From assembly GCA_040954595.2 (NCBI GenBank), contig CM082597.2, positions 1,098,886-1,162,885 on the forward strand: a stretch of 64,000 nucleotides of DNA, written 5' to 3'. A model generated the notes under the pieces. It had not been told where the DNA came from and did not search any database. It worked only from the letters and a program-made list of their open reading frames with translations. This DNA is from Balanoglossus misakiensis. Lineage: Eukaryota; Animalia; Hemichordata. Within the stretch, counting starts at the first letter, position 1, and each line of letters begins with the position of its first letter. Below, one piece after another: positions 38,462-54,500 of this stretch. The translations under genes were made by a program, and so were the position numbers.

Positions 38462-41400
38462 GTAGGTAGCGTCATTTTCCCTTGTTTCTTTGACGACGGT
38501 AGCGTCGCGTCGTCGTCACCATCGCGATCACCTGGGACGCGCACTGGAGTTATGGAGAGTGCACTACAAGTGTACGATCGCGGTGTTTTGTAGACGAAAA
38601 ACAGCGATCGGGTGTTTTAGTAGGCGTTATTTTTAGTTCTTCTATATTTATACCACATATACACGCATCAAAACTTTCTTTTAGATTTTTTTACGCTTTT
38701 AAGAGAAAGTTTTGTGCGTTGTTTGGTCCGATGTTTGTCGGACGGGGTACAGGGTAAGGGGCTGGGAAGAACCAAAACAATGGTACTGAAAAGCTACAAT
38801 TAGCTTTTAAAACGGTGTATAATATCGACTTTCCTTTCATGAGCGCCGAAGTATGCCAACAAAACTTTAGTGTTGTCCCTTTTCTTCAAATCGTTGGAGA
38901 AATATCAGCGATCCGTAGCGACTGCGCGATTCGCCGGGTGCGGAAAGTGTCAAGTCTTGAAAAGTCACAAATTGCTGTCCGACATGGATGTGATCGCAAT
39001 GGCCTTGTAAAAGACCAGTGTGCTCTACATAATACTGGCCATTAACACAGCAAGCGTCGACATGATTTCAGCGTGAAGTCCCTTTTCAACGTGAGCTCGG
39101 GTCAGACTAGCGATCGCGGAATGCTAAGCGTTTTATTTTTGTCGGTTTGCTAAAAGTAACAGTGATCAAACTTCGCGTCGCATGCCTTATTCACTGACAA
39201 AACGTACATCGCCACTGTCGTTTGTCACAGGGAGGTTTTAATCCCATGTAAAAAGGTATTTGTAATCACCATTCATTCGAGAAAATAAAAATCTATAGTA
39301 CATACTTTTCGACAGCTTAGTCAAGTCAATCGATAACAATGAGTCGGACAACTTTTTGAAACACACATCAAAGTAACTGTATCTTTCTACATTATGTATA
39401 TTTCAAAGTGTCAATTTCAATGTTTTCTGTAGGACTAGTTTAAAAGTTTTTTTTTGCGCATAAAATGGCCTTTATTTCATGCCATATTGCCATATTATAT
39501 AAACTGCTATGTAAATTTGAAATTTAACCTGGATCGCATTTTCTTGTGGTCAATGTTAAACTGTCAACTGTGAAATTGTGCTCAAAATATACAAGGAATG
39601 TCAATTCCGAAATAATATACGAAAGTGCCACAGGCATTTCTGTTTATTGACCAACCCTTTCGTTTCAGGATGATATCTTTTCATGTTTTCAGACATATCT
39701 TTACACGTTCCAAAGAAGAAAGACATGAAACATGTCAAACCAAAAGTTCCCTGGCTAGTCTGTGAATGAAAATGTTTGAGGTTCTTAATAAATTTGACTG
39801 TATTAAATATTATCGTCTACAGACTGACTTATTTTTGATCAAGAGCATTTAGACTTCAATTATTGAGAAGGGGGGAGGGGGGCTGCAACTTTATATATTC
39901 AGCTTCTCCAGTGCGATTAATATTAAAAGTGGCACTCTTAACAGTGTCAATAAGATGTAACCTCTTCAGGAATATTTCATCCTTCATACTTTTCCTGTTC
40001 CATTATTTTTCATTCAAATATTTAGACATTGACATTCACCTCTAATGATGCTGTATTGAAACAAGTGACATCTCTTCATTATCAGAGATAATTCATTTAA
40101 TCAATTCTGGAAAACTGATCGCTTGTAATCATACAAGGTTCAGATATAATTTAATTTGGCGCTGATTAGAAGTGTTGTTTTTCAGGGCCATTAGCGCGAT
40201 TCAACGGGATCGCGGTATCCCTTCTCTGGTTTGATTGAAAACATTGTGTTATGTAAGAGCTAAAACTGGTCAGTTGCTGGCTTTGTTTCGCACAGTTTTG
40301 TAATTCTGTTTGTCTGAATTTGTGTTCGTTGCACACACAAAAACACGGCGGGCAGGTAGAGGTTTTCAGTTGGCCGGCTAACTGTGTAGAAATCTTCGAA
40401 ACACCCCACTGGCTTACAGTCATGTCACCATGTAACACAATCAAACTTCACTGTAAACCAAACACGCGATCAAGAAAGGTTAACTACTTCGTTAACAGGT
40501 TAAAAATATCCATCATGGCTGTCTGAAATTCAATACCGTCGTCGTAGCCACCTTTTCCCCGTGCCGCTCAATTACTATAGAATTCACTTCCATATCTGAG
40601 GTTTTTTGAAGAAATGAAATGACTGGCATACTTCCAGGAGTTTTGAAGTATCTGGTTTTTACAACCAGATACTTCAAATCGGTCAGAATTACATACAAGT
40701 CTTGCGATAAAAATGATATGCAATCAGCACCTTCAACCGAACAATGTCTGATTTGGATTTTGAAAATATCATCTGACATGTCCAATCATCCTCATCCTGA
40801 CTAATCCACAATTCACAGTGTGATTGATAATTAAATTAAAAACTGAATCGTTACGCCAATTCATTAAACACAAGGGGAAACAAAATTTAGAATTAACCTC
40901 TTGTACAGATCGAATATGTCTGATTCGGTGATCGAACCTTCAGGCACGCACAAGTAAACGGAAAACCTTATCTGATAATATCTCGAGGCTGAGATCAAGA
41001 AACGTCTCCGACTTCAGATTTCATCAGTTAACAGACAAATCATCACGATTGTCCTTTTGTGCGCTGTTATGTACACCGACATTAACGGTGTGTAATTCCA
41101 ATCATTTGAAATGTATATGTTGACATATTCAGACCTGGGCTTTAATTTGTCAGCTGCAAAGGGCTATCTGTTACCCGCTCCCTGACATCTTGGCACAGAA
41201 AGAAAGTTAAGAGGCGTTTTGGTCTGGTTGTTGAGATGTAAGACAGTCCTTCAGTTTGTATAACGCTTGCTTTCTCGCAGGAGGAGAGACTTAACCGTGT
41301 TTTTAACCACATTGAGGACCCGACGGAAAACAACATGAATACAAATGAGATTTATCTTCGCTTAAAAGTTCCAGAGCCCAGTCACTCTGTAATCTAGATT

Positions 41401-44400
41401 TTATAAACGTCAGTGTAATACAACCTGGGACAGTTTCAATACAATTAATCAAAACCCATCCCTCGGTTATAAAACTGTGAATCATGTCGGTGTTGTGCCA
41501 GGGGTAAAGTAAAATGTTATCTCAGTCAGTCACGATATTCAGCTTTCCATGGTTATAAAACATTTAAAGGTTATTGCATATTAATATGCACCATGTACAT
41601 TTGCTGTATTTTTATCCCAATCTATTAAAGCCAATCCTGTGACTGTAAACACACAAACTCATCTGATCCGTCGAACATGGAAATTCAGAATTAAATTTCC
41701 AAACATTCGTTTCTTTTGGCCTTTGACATCCAGCTTCATTGCTCCAAACCTTGGGCCAAAATATGATTCAGAGTTCCCATAAATCACCAATAATAAATTC
41801 AGCATTTACATAATTAAAAATTTAGAAGGAAATCAGTGTTATCCATTAGTTGGTTCTTTTTTCCCGTAAAAATATAAATTGTTACAACATCTGCTGTGCT
41901 TTCATATTGCGAACAGTTTTAGCCTGAAGGTAGTAAACTGAGTCACATTCTACTTGAAATATTAGTAGCGCCCAGCTAAAAATGTTGAGTTCGTTGAAAA
42001 GTCATTTGAGTACATAATATGAAGGTGTTCGCAAGGCAGAGGTCCAGCTTTACCTTGGAAAACAATGGATTTGGACTGGACCAGAGTCTAACCATCCGAA
42101 CTGTGATTGATTTTTGGTCAGGTGTAAATTCGAAGTTTCACATGAGAAGGCAGGAAGTCTCGGAACAATTAGCATGGATTACAGGCTTGTTTCTGTGTAC
42201 ACAATGATAGCCGAAGTTAAAGGTACATATTTGAGCTGTAACTGTGTACCAAAGGCAAGATGAAACCAAACAGAGAAATCCAAACAAGTTACACTGAAAC
42301 ACACACAACAAGTTTGCAATGTACACCTCCAGAGGAAATTCTAACAACGATTAGTAAAATAGAGGCCATGTCATACTGAGGACCAACGAAAAATAAAATT
42401 CAGGAAGGGTTGTTAGTCACAGCTTGGTATCTTGGTTTTGTGGAGGATATGAATTACCTTGTCCGTGTGTACTGTTGGAAAACACAAATCGTTTTTGTAC
42501 AAAGAGAAAACCAATAGTGCCCTGCCTTAGTTGGTAAATTGAGAAAGCATGTTTATCTATGTTAATTCATAGGCTCTGATTGATGACGACTGTTGTTGGT
42601 CATTGCCGGGTCTTTTTGAAGATGGAAAGAAAAGAAAGCGGGGAAAGGATCCCATGTTGCCCCTGACAGTGAGATATCTTTGTTTGGTGTGTTCTTGGAG
42701 ACCATATAAGGTTAACAATGGCTTTGAGATATCGTGGCCGTCGATTTAGCACATTGTATGTGTCTCAGCTCTGCTGTGCATCATCAGGTCGATATATTTC
42801 CTTGTAAATGAAAACAAAATATTGCTTCTCAGTGTCATACGAAAAAGGATTCATAGCACAAAACCCCACCTAAATATTGGGGGAGGGGGAGGGGGCGAGA
42901 TACACTCATCATTTTGATGACATCCTGGATGAAACATGACAGTGACAATTGAGGAGACATTGAAGACGTCATTCGTGTTGAGGTCAGGAGAAAAGTTTCA
43001 GTTTAGTCCATAGATTTTCGATGAATATGCCACATGCTGGCAGTCTCGGCCAATAGTGGGTGTTCTGTATCAGCCTTCCTATAAATACCACCATGCTGTG
43101 ATTTTTTGTCCGTAAAATTGAGACAACAATCGTACGAAGGAGTGGTCTCCATGAATTACAAATCTCGCCAACTTATTTGCTGTTTGACTAGACACAGCCT
43201 TGTAGGTGTCTAAGTTAAAAAAGCAGAACCATGGAACGTTTGATGGCAGAGTAAAGTTTAGATGACAAGGTAAACTGGCGGTTTGCTGATAAAATCGTCT
43301 GTAGCCTTTGAAGTGAGACATTTCGCTGTTTGCTGCCATATGCAAACACTCCATTGTTGTGAAGTCACCCACTGACTGAGATTGACCACATGGACATGAC
43401 ACCAGCCTTCTAAAATGTTAGTCTCATTGTCATCTGGAAGTAAGTTGGCGACAGATAGAAACAAGTCCTGGGCACAGACCACACCCTATTACCCCTCTGA
43501 GTCACTTCCCAGCCCTGCACTCCTACACTCTTCTGAAGCAAAGCAGACCAAACCACTCAAAAATAGGAGGGTGCAGATACGGATCCCGACAAAGGATTGC
43601 ACGAACAGTCACTGATGATAGTTTCAGAAAATGCAGACTTTCCCTTGCAGATATTTTTGCAAGCTTGTCATGGCCTGTAAGCGACAAATAAACTTTCAGA
43701 GGGTTGAATACTGTCCTGTAAGCTCATCCCCTCAGGGTAGATTAAAACAGTTTTTGTCAGACAGTTAATTAGTTGTTTTGTTTGTTTGCTGACTATCCAG
43801 TACTTGTCTCCACATGTGAGGCGCAAAAAAATTGGCCTCAGGAGGATGGGTTGCATTCAATTATCTTAACAAGAACCAGATCAAGATTTGATCACATAAA
43901 TAAGATGGAGAGATTACTTAATTGAAGTTTAATTATAAGAGAAACAGAAGTCTTTGCATCTGTCAGTCAGCATGTGGCCAATCCTGCATCTGCTTTTTAA
44001 GACAGAAACAGAAACATTTTTATGTTGCATCCTCAAAGATTGGCAACACTTGTTTGCTGACACAGTGATATGGCCTACCGATCAAATTCATCATCTGATT
44101 GAAATGCTACATTTCCGAAGCAATTTCTGAAATTGTGCAAAAGTAGGACATTCAGTCAATTCGCATGACAGTCGACTGTTTACATTAAATTGTTAGCTGC
44201 AGAATTGCACCCCAGACAGCCATATTTTGTCAACCCCGGGTGACTCTGAAACTAACAGATACTATTACAGCGCAAAAAAAAATCACTTGAATTCAGTGAC
44301 AATGTAAGAGTGTGTTTTCTCAGCCTTGCTTAAACAGCTCATGTCTTGCCCTATTGGAAGCGCAAACACCGCCTAGCCACGGTCATCTTACCGAAGGCAA

Positions 44401-47400
44401 AAGTCGGAGTGGCGGTAACTCTCTAAACGTAAATGACCATATCAGAATAAAGACAAACAGACCAGAAGTATCGCATGTTGATTCTCGATCGCTCTCAAAC
44501 GATCGGTCAGTTTCAGCGTCAGATCAAGTTCAAGTGTGCGGGCTGAACAACCAGCTGAGCTGGTTTTAACTCCTTGTACCTGTCAACAAGAATTTTCAAG
44601 GTCATTGACAAGGTTAGGTTCCTGCATCTTGGATCCATTTACAGATTGTTGATTGACTTAACCTCAGGTAATGTTGTTTTTTCTCAGGAATTCAAAGATT
44701 GTCTAAATATCCAAATCGGCCACTTGGTTAGGATAAAGAGGGGACGGAGAGGTTTCTATTCTTGTGATCTTCTAAAGCGGGACACAAGTGCATTTTTGTT
44801 CACATCTTGTTTGTGACAGCCTCTGTTCTTTTCCAATCACTGTTAAAGGACTTGCTATTTGTTTGGAGGAGTTTTGTGGCCTGCGTATCAAAACAGTCAC
44901 TTTCTGTTGGGAGCCATTTTGTTTCGGCTTTGCTGCACAAATAAGTCCCGTCCTTTGTCTCCTGCAGTCCATTTTGATAACATTAGTGTACAGGCAAGCG
45001 TTACTCAGAACTTCAGTATTTTTCCTTGCAGTTTCATGATGTAATATCAAGCTTGCAGAGAGAATTCTAGAAAACAAGTGGTGTACATCATTTAAAAAAA
45101 TAAAATGCGACACAATGATGGAATCATTGTCTAGAAGATTGAGCCAGAAAGACCGTCAGCTGTACAAAACAAACAATCAATTGTTTTTCACTGGAATTCT
45201 CAATTACATCACTGCATAGACTGCGTGAAAAGGAGGGATTTTACATTTTTGTCTGAAAAGGCAAAAATTTGTCTCTCTTCCAGCGATGAATGGGATTAAT
45301 GGTGTTTTTTGTTCACAGAACATGTTTGTGGAGTTAAGTCCATTCACAGGTTTTTTGTACCTTAAAGAGAAAGTTCTAACCATTTCATTGATTTGTTCAT
45401 TGCCTGAAAGTTCAACTGTTCAGGATCAATATTTTGGAGTGTCTGTGGTTACAAAGGGTTTTTGTGAAAAGTGAATTGTACTCAAGTATGTGTCATTTCG
45501 TGGTGAAAATGACGAATTTTCCAGTTGAGACCAAAGAGCGAGGGACTATTGGCTCTCCCGTAAACAGATGATTAAATTCCTCATCAAGGAGGAGATTTCT
45601 CTTGAGTGAAAAATGGACATTTCAGGACAACAGAAACTAAAAGTGGTTGTCTTGACAGCTACTGACTATATCTACACAGGTGACAAGTCTCCTCGTGGGA
45701 ATTCAGGGGACAGGACATGTAAAATTTGGGGAAAACATGGGGAGGGCCCTTGCCCCCGAGCACACACCCTGGTATAGTTAAAATTGTCCTGGCAGATTTG
45801 TTTGAGCAGACACGCACTCACTTCTACACAAGTGTCTTCTGTTTTCATTCATGTTTGACAACATATGAAGCCATGTAGATCTGAAATAACTTCTGAAGTC
45901 CAACAAAATCTAGAGAAGTGGCCATTTTACCTGCAGAAGAAACACTGATTTTGAAAATACCAGTAAATGGACAAACAATTGAAAATACTGAAGTGTCTCA
46001 AATCCAGACAGAATGCCCATTCACACATGATTGCCAACTGGTGCTAATTTATTCACGTTCAAAAACAATACATCTGATTCCCACTTCAAGCAACCCTACA
46101 CACCCAGCTGCTTCACATTTCCAACCTTCCAAGTTCAATAAATACTTTTAGTATCCAGAAACAATGCCACGGTGTGCAAATCAGATGACCAGGCTGTACA
46201 GCAACCATTTATGAAGCAAATAAAATAGTTCTTGAGAGAGGATGAACCAAGCGTGACAATGCCTTTCTGAAAACCTGTCTTTGTCCGACTACACATTTAG
46301 CATCAAAGTGGCAGTTTGAAAGACTGTTAGGTAACCAGACGATGTTCGCTATTCACTAAACGATCAGCTTCCCCTTCAAGAGCCAGTGAAGTGTGTTTGT
46401 GGCCAGCTTTTCCTTCTACGGTTTTTGTTACACCGAAGGTGTCAAAAAGCAGGAAGCAGAATGTGAATTGTCTTTGGACAATGATTGACCGTCAATGCCT
46501 GCTGGACACCTGTAACTTTGTACAAAGTTTGTCCACTTTTGAAACAAGAGTGACCAATTGACAAATAAAGTTCAAGTGTCTCCATTAGTCTGTAGACAAA
46601 CACGAAGAGCTCAGTGCCAGGGAAGGGTGGTTATCCCAAGTTTACATGTCCATCACTGTACCTATGGTACATGGAAAAATATGACAATATGTCGATGCAA
46701 CCAGCAATCTCAAATCACTATCACCTTCATGAAAATCGATCCCACACATACAGAGAAATGAGCAGCAACCGCTCTCCTAAAGCAGTATGAATCAACCAAA
46801 AGACCATCGCCCACTAGCACAGGTCGTCAGCTCGACTAGAGTCTCGCTAGCAGCCGATGACGATGCCAAAAGACCAGCATGATGTTACTGATCTGGCGGA
46901 ATAGCTATCTTGGATTTCTGAAGTAGAATGTGTGTCTAATCATGTTATACGCGCAAAGATTTAGAATAAACTTATTATCCAAAGCCTTTAATATTACTAC
47001 CTGGCTTTTGTTATTACAGAATGGCGCATGTGCGTTGCCATGGAAATACTGTAATCCCCCGATCGTGTCAAAATACCAAGAATTCAGAATAAAAGAGGAC
47101 GTTTCTGCTTGCAGTGTGACATTTCACAGTGTGAATTTACTCGTGTATTTTCTCTTCCTTTTGCCGATTTATAAATGTCATGATGTGAATAATCTGACAC
47201 TTTCATGATTATTTGATAATACTATACATATAAATTAGTACTGCCATATGTGTAGTACGCAAAGTGCAGCTCTGATCTGCTATGATTTGACAGGTAAAAA
47301 TATATTCTAAGAAATGTAAGAAAGAAACCAAATGAAGTCAACTGTACTGTTGGTCATAGCTTGCGAGTAATTAAGTCACCAACTGTGGGTTTTCTGGGCA

Positions 47401-48430
47401 GATTTGGGTATTCCAGGAAGACATGTCCTGGATTATCTAGACTGTCAGTTTTTCCCAAAAGAGCACCGAGATTTATCGCACTGAGGATGGCAGTTTAGAA
47501 CTGAAGCATTAAACTTCACAGCAGGTTTCATTTCTGAAGTGAAGGTAATCTGACTGATAAAACTGAACACACAAATAACACCCTTGAAACGTTTCTGAGG
47601 CGTCATATCAAATCTGGAGCACACTGTTTTTATCCTCATTAATTGAGGATTTGTGATTTACCTTGTGTCGTAAAAGAAATAAAAGCACATCGTCTTGGGA
47701 TTGCGGATGCAATCATTATATTCTGTGGACAGCCAATGTCACACATTGTAATAAAATTCTTTTTAGACTCGCGTACTGTGAATGTCCATCTACCGTAGCA
47801 CCGTAAAACCAGCAGATTGACTGCATGATACATGTAATTCTCATAATATTCATTGATGCATTTAGTTATCAGAAATTGACAGAAAAAACCTGACTGTATT
47901 GAGACATGCATCATCAAAGAAAGTCTCTGTGATATGAAAGCAGGTCTGGTCCTCTGATAACTCTCAGTCATCAACAGGACCATATCTGCAACAGTATCGT
48001 CTTATAGAAATTCATTCCAGCAATATCTAATAACACTTACTGAGCCCCATGCATGAATCCCTTGAAGCAGTTCCAGGACAACGAGCTTTCCAAGCCATAT
48101 ATCTTTGATTCTCTCTGTGAAGGCCTCAGGGTATGGGGGATAGCATGTCTTCTATGCTTTGATTGCCGTGGTGGTCCTGTGAGAGATACAAGTGCAAAGA
48201 GATGTCTTGAAAGTAATTTAAGAACCGGTGGTGCCTATTTTAGGATTAGACTCAATATATCACATCATGCGAACAAATCATGCAGGACTTGGTAATTTTA
48301 GGATATTCGTGTTGAAGTTCTTTTGGTGTTGTGAAACTCAGCATCTCAAATCAGAATTGTTCAGAAATCATAATAAATGTGAAAACAGATATTAAAATTA
48401 ATGTTTTGTTTGTTAATTTTTTTTATGTAG

Positions 48431-48781
48431 GTTGGATATGTTCAGCCCAGTTGCAGGTCAAGGTGAATGATATAGAAACTGCCACAGAAGGAGATGCTTC
48501 AACGACGCTATCTTGTACATACAGCGGTTACACAGGAACACCATCAACGATTATACTAGCCTGGGAGAAAACAGACCCAGAGACTGGACAGAAACAGTTT
48601 CTGATCCAACAATTTAATGGCTACCCGGAAAGCATTGGGAGATACAGCATCGAGGACCAGGCCACTCTGAGAATCACTGGTCCGATTACGATCAGTGATG
48701 TCGGCAGGTACACGTGTAAAGTGTCGTTGATTGGAGGAGCGAGTGGTACAGAGCAAGCTGGTGTGGAGTTACTTATCAATA
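48431..48781 (+). CDS. Ig gene C exon 2: V-set Ig domain (Ig1)
   Basis: Acceptor TTTTTTATGTAG and donor GTAAGT, phase 1-1; ATEGD..TLSCTY..LAWEK..RYSIEDQATLRIT..SDVGRYTCKV..VELLIN. Confidence 0.93.
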
Positions 48782-51059
48782 GTAAGTATCCATGGCACCC
48801 CTTACCATGGAGAAATTGTTTATTTCTATTTATAAATCAACTTGTCGTCATTTGTAAGAAAATTAGCTTTTATCAACTGTTTTCTAAAATTTTGATCAAG
48901 ATCTGCAGACTATAGAACATTATGCCCACTTGGTCAAGAATTACGGGCAAACATCACGAAAAATGTATGAAAATGATAAAAATGTTGCACCAGATTTTGA
49001 CAGTGACCTGAACCCTTCTCGGTTGCCATGACTCATGACACAAAATAGCAAAATGAAAATCCACTGCCAAGTTTCTGGGAGCCAGGAAAGCTTTAAATAC
49101 ATTGAATACACATTAACGCAGTGAAAAGAGCATAATGAAGTTTCTTTGTGGCGCTAGTTTACCAGTTATCAGCTTTAGTGTGTGTTAAGTGGTCAGGAAA
49201 AGGCCTATTCGCAGCTGCTGTTACTGGTGTATGAATACATTGTATTCTTAACCTCCAGTGTTTCAAGCAAAGAAAATATCGATAAATGCAAAATGCTCAA
49301 CACAACCTGGCTGAAACCACACCTGTAATAATATGCACACAAAATATTCACCTCACAGTTTACGCATGAGTGAACTGGGAACCTTAGAAAAATAAGACGC
49401 ACAGTCGAGTTGCGAGGCTTCGGCGTTGATTTAATATTTTGATGTCATTGCTTGGAGCCGTTCGCCAAATCAGTTCCACATTCCGAGCACTCATCTGAAC
49501 TATTAGAAACGTTTCTACTACATTAACGACGGCAATCTGGGCGGTAAGACACAGTCGCTCCAAACAGATCCGCACATGAATAAAGCAAAGACCGCTGTAA
49601 TTTACTTGCTTTCAGTGTTTTACTGTTACGAAAAGGGTGTTGGTCTGTAAGCCTTGAAATGTTCTATTTTTGTATACAAGCTAGGTTTACTGTAGGGAAG
49701 AAAATGTTCAGTCACATCTGTGGAAAATTACTACCAGGACAAATCAGTCAGGAAGCCAACAGTTATTAAAAATGATTGAATGAATTATATATATTATTAT
49801 CAGACATATCATATCATTACATTATAAAATGTAAATATAGACTATGGTAATCATCACAAAATTAGGTACAGACCTGTTACAGATAGTTTGGGTAATTCAA
49901 CTGTGTTTGATAATTAAAAGGTCAAAATTCATGTTGCAAATTTATAGGAGTCAACAATTAGACAACAGATATTTCAGGGATCTGCTTTGCAAACCTGTGC
50001 AGTTCCGTCTACATGTTCAGATACGATTGTCTGACGCCAGAATCAAAACCATAGAAGTTCGTTTGCAGTTTCAGATTCCTGATGAAATATTTGCTGTAGT
50101 CCCATAGGCGAATTACCAACTCAATATTTGACGAACAAGTCAGTTTGGGAATACGACCAGTCACTGAACTGTACGAGCCACCAAAGAAGTCATCAGTGTA
50201 ACATTACTTGAGAAATGCAATTTGGTCTTTCACTAAAGTTGGTCAAAATCATTCAGAAAGAAAATGAAAACACAGGCAGTAATTACCAGCACACATGACC
50301 TAGCTTGTATAGAGCTGTTCTATAAATGGTATTTTGCTGTGTGAGGTCCAGAATTTTGTGTTTTTAAATTAAATGTGGTGTTGTCATGCATAAGATGTAA
50401 AGAGCCATTCTGGATCAGTGCTTTAGTCGAACACTGCAATCAGAAACTTGAGAGGGTCGTACCCGTAATGAAGCCTTATAGTGGGCCAGCTGAAGATTAA
50501 TCTCCATGTTTGTATAAAATATGAACCTCAACCTTTCCCACTGTCAATACTCTCTTGGAAAATCCTACAAAGTGCTTTAATTTGACATGGAAAGTTCTTC
50601 AACATCCTGGGGAAAATGTACGTCTGAAGTCCTAGAAACTATATTGGCGTCTTATGATGTTGATCACTTGAGATATTCAGACAATTTTCTGTGACTTTTT
50701 AAGAATTTTGACAAAAATACCACACTTGGAAGTAGCATGATTGAGCTGTTAAACATGATGCAAATTTGAATGAGTGGAACCACTTTGACCTTCACACCTG
50801 GACTCGAAAAAAGCATTACCACAGAAGTTCATCCATGAATACAGTCCTATTCTAAACACACAGGCTGGTGTGAACTGGTGTGAGAATTTCACCAACATGT
50901 CAAAATGACCATGTGCAGTCTTTTATGCAGATGAGAAGCTTCACACAAGAAGGCCACACAAATATTGGCCAAGTTTTCTCAAATATACCCGAATGAAACA
51001 TGCAAACGAATTTGCCACGTCAGTCAGATGTCATGAATACATATAGCACCTTTATTAGC

Positions 51060-51219
<160 letters not shown>

Positions 51220-51463
51220 CTCGAGATAAGGACAAGGTGTAGATTAAACCACTTTGATAAAATCTCAAAGATTTCCTTCTCTCTAGTGAAGTTTCCAGTC
51301 AGAGAAACCCCAGGGTTTGAATCCACATCAAGATGTCAATCTGGTGAATATTAACTCAGAGTGTGTCCTGATATCCATCGATCTCACACTGAGAATAAAA
51401 TGTGATAGCTGTATGAGGTGGTGTCAGGGAGACAAGACAGGGTTGAGGCCAATCTCGGATACT

Positions 51464-51556
51464 TTAACCCTTTCACCACCATGGTTCAGTCCAAATCCAT
51501 TGTTCTCTATGGTAAAGTTGGACCTCTAAAGAGGGAACTGGGGGTGAAAGGGTTAA
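51464..51556. mobile_element. piggyBac-like MITE with intact TTAA target-site duplication
   Basis: TTAA-CCCTTTCACC...GGTGAAAGGG-TTAA: perfect terminal inverted repeat with CCC/GGG ends and TTAA flanks; related copies elsewhere in the window. Confidence 0.82.
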
Positions 51557-54500
51557 ATGTTCTCTGGCTCTGTACCTCAGCTCGAGCTGTGTTCCTTTTG
51601 ACCAGTGAGTGGGTGTAATACACATTGGTATTTCCAATTGGCAAAGTTGGACCACAATGAACAGGATCAGGGTTAATACTAACACAAATCATCTAGCCAA
51701 ACAGGCAGAGACACCCCTGAAGACAGGATTAATGCTTTTACAAGGTGTTGACCATGTAATCTTTGAAATAAATGCCAAGCAAAGCGGACAAAATATGGCT
51801 AGGACTAGGCTAAGCTAGATACTACACTGCCAGAGATTGTAAGCTGTTGAAGAAACCCATACTCTCTGCTATCAACCCTCACTCAATATCTTATCCAGTT
51901 GCCAGGCATGTAACAACAAGCCGACAAGCTTGCTAATCTGAACTGTCAATACCCCAGTGTTATATGGAAGGCTATTTGGAAAGATTTGTGATGTGTGGGT
52001 GCCAGGCTAAAGACAAATGACCATTTAACAGTTGAACAAATATATGAATCATTTGTCTGTTTGCCTTGGGAAAGTAGAGATCTCAGCAGCAACAAACAAC
52101 GGTTGTTGACAGAGGAGATTAGGCAAGGAGAGGGATAGGGCTAATTGATCTGCTATCTTCAATTAGTGTGGTTATTGATTTGAGTGGATTCTGTAACTAG
52201 ATAGAAGTATGATATGAGATTGATAGATTGATAAGGGATGTTCTGTACATATGTATTTGCTGGGAGCCTGTGTCGACAGCTCACTCGATTAGGTGTGTAG
52301 TAGGGGGTTTAGTTCCTGTGTAATATTCGAGTCAGTTTATATACATGTATATATACATATTGTGGTAGTGCTGGCATGATATTGGTCCGTAGTTCCCCGT
52401 GGAGCATGGGATCTGAATCAGTCCGTGATAAGACTAGCTCAACTGTGTAAAAATGTGGACGTAGACTAAATAAAATCTCAGAGATGTTTTTAGCCAAGGC
52501 CTGGTCCTAGACACGGAATTTCACATACATGTATTTTGAACTACCGGTACACTGTCTAGTCTGTGTAATGCTTCAGGGTATGTGTACAGTGCAAGCATAT
52601 GACAGGACTTGTATTTACAGACCAGATAATGATATAAGCCCAGTTCCTTAGAATCTGTGTACCTGGACCATTTTCTCGACCATTTTCTTTTTCTATTTAT
52701 AACAGTGTTCAGACGGTTGATAGGGGCTAGCTATTATCCCAGCACAGCACGCAATGAAACATTCAGTGAAACCAGCGGAACAAGGCAACTGCGCAGCTAG
52801 ATAACAGCATGGCTGTGTTCAGTTGTGAGATCTTGGCAAAGATAGTGACAAAATTAACTCCGAGTGTTTATTTTCAAAGCACCCCTGGTCGTCCAAATCT
52901 CACACGTTTTCTTCTCTCTCTTACACCAGACCAGACCATATGGAAAACATAATCACGTCTGTCTGAGAACCGGTTCTGAAATGGCCAGCCTTTACACTCA
53001 CGTCTCAGTATTATCATGGGAAATATTGAGAATGTTGTGTCTTATTTGTCTTTTAAAAACTCTGCATGTAAGTGGTGTCGTAGACCACTAAGAAAACCAT
53101 CTGCTGTCTCAAAGGAGTCTGGCCAGAAATGTTTTGTACATCAAAGCAGAAGAAAATAGTGGCATACACCCAAATGTCTGTCGGACATCAGAACTTGTCA
53201 ATTTGATATGTACCAGTGGGGTTTCATTAACAAATACTTGCATATTTCTCGTCTTACACCACATTCTGGTGATGTTTTCATCGAATCTAAACCGGTATCT
53301 AAATATACCTTTATTGAAACCTGTCATTAGCTTTTTCATCTAATGGGAAATTGCAACAGGTTTGCTCAGTAAAAATTTCCACAGCTGACTGAAATTCATG
53401 TCCGTTTTTGGTAACCGTGGCAACCCTCCTGTGCATGGCAAGACTTCCCCACCGGGAAGACGCTTGTTCAGTACAACATTCTTGGTAACAATATAACTGC
53501 CATGTCACTTGGGGGAAAAGACTTAGACTACAGACAGGGTAAATATCAAACCACCCAGAGACTAGCCTTGATTTTCTCTCTCAACGTTTTCATCAGCTTA
53601 AAATCCGACAAACCCCTCGAGATAAACAGAATGCCGGTTAGAGGCAGATAGAAAGGAACACAGAATTCCCACTGGGAATGGTCCTCACCTAATTTCAGAG
53701 TAATCCCACCCAACTTTTTTTCTGGAACTTAAATAGTGCAAGTGGATTGTTGTAAATAGGGAATTTAATCTCTGGATTCTCAGTGGAGGAGAGAGGTCAA
53801 GGAAGGTGTCAACAAGCAGATTTTTTCACACAAAATTTTAAGCTAATAGTTCTATTTGTATGTTTAGAGATCATATAATCAATGATGGTGTGGTGAATAC
53901 ATGGAAGGAAATGTATCTACTCAAACACAAGTATAAAATCTAATGAGATCAATCTTGCTGATTAAAGAGCTTGACTTACTACAGTACAATAAAATCTGAC
54001 AAATATGTTGGTCAAATAATCTATTACATGTACTACAGTCTGTAAACTGTACTGTTAAATTATTAAAGTTTAGCTTCTTAGTTGAAAGCTTAGATTTAGT
54101 TCTTGGACTGAAAGCACAAAGTGAACTTTCTGCCGACTTTTTGAGTCATGGTGTGTTCACAACACAGTTCCCTACGCTTTGTAACAAGGACAGGCATTCT
54201 CAACACAGAATACAGCAACAGCACGTTTGGCAATTCACCCTGTGCAGAGCAACTGACTTTTAAAGAAAAAAAACGGTATAGCTTTGATGAAGGACCTTCT
54301 TTTTACAAGTGATGTATTGTAGAAAGGCGTTGTGTTCCGACCTCTTGGGAAATCAATTCTATCTGCGTTTGACTTCACCGATATATGAAGGGGTTTAATT
54401 AAGCCGAAATGGACAAAGAACGGAGTCAAACTCGTGTCATTGGAATAATTGAGTGCTGAGGACTGAACCAACAAAAGATCCTACAATCACTGAACTGGAC

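Noticed and set aside
48782-48915. Hydrophobic read-through tail after gene C's V exon as a short anchored isoform
   Set aside because: A strong GTAAGT donor is present, the tail is interrupted by lysines, and I have no polyA or transcript evidence.
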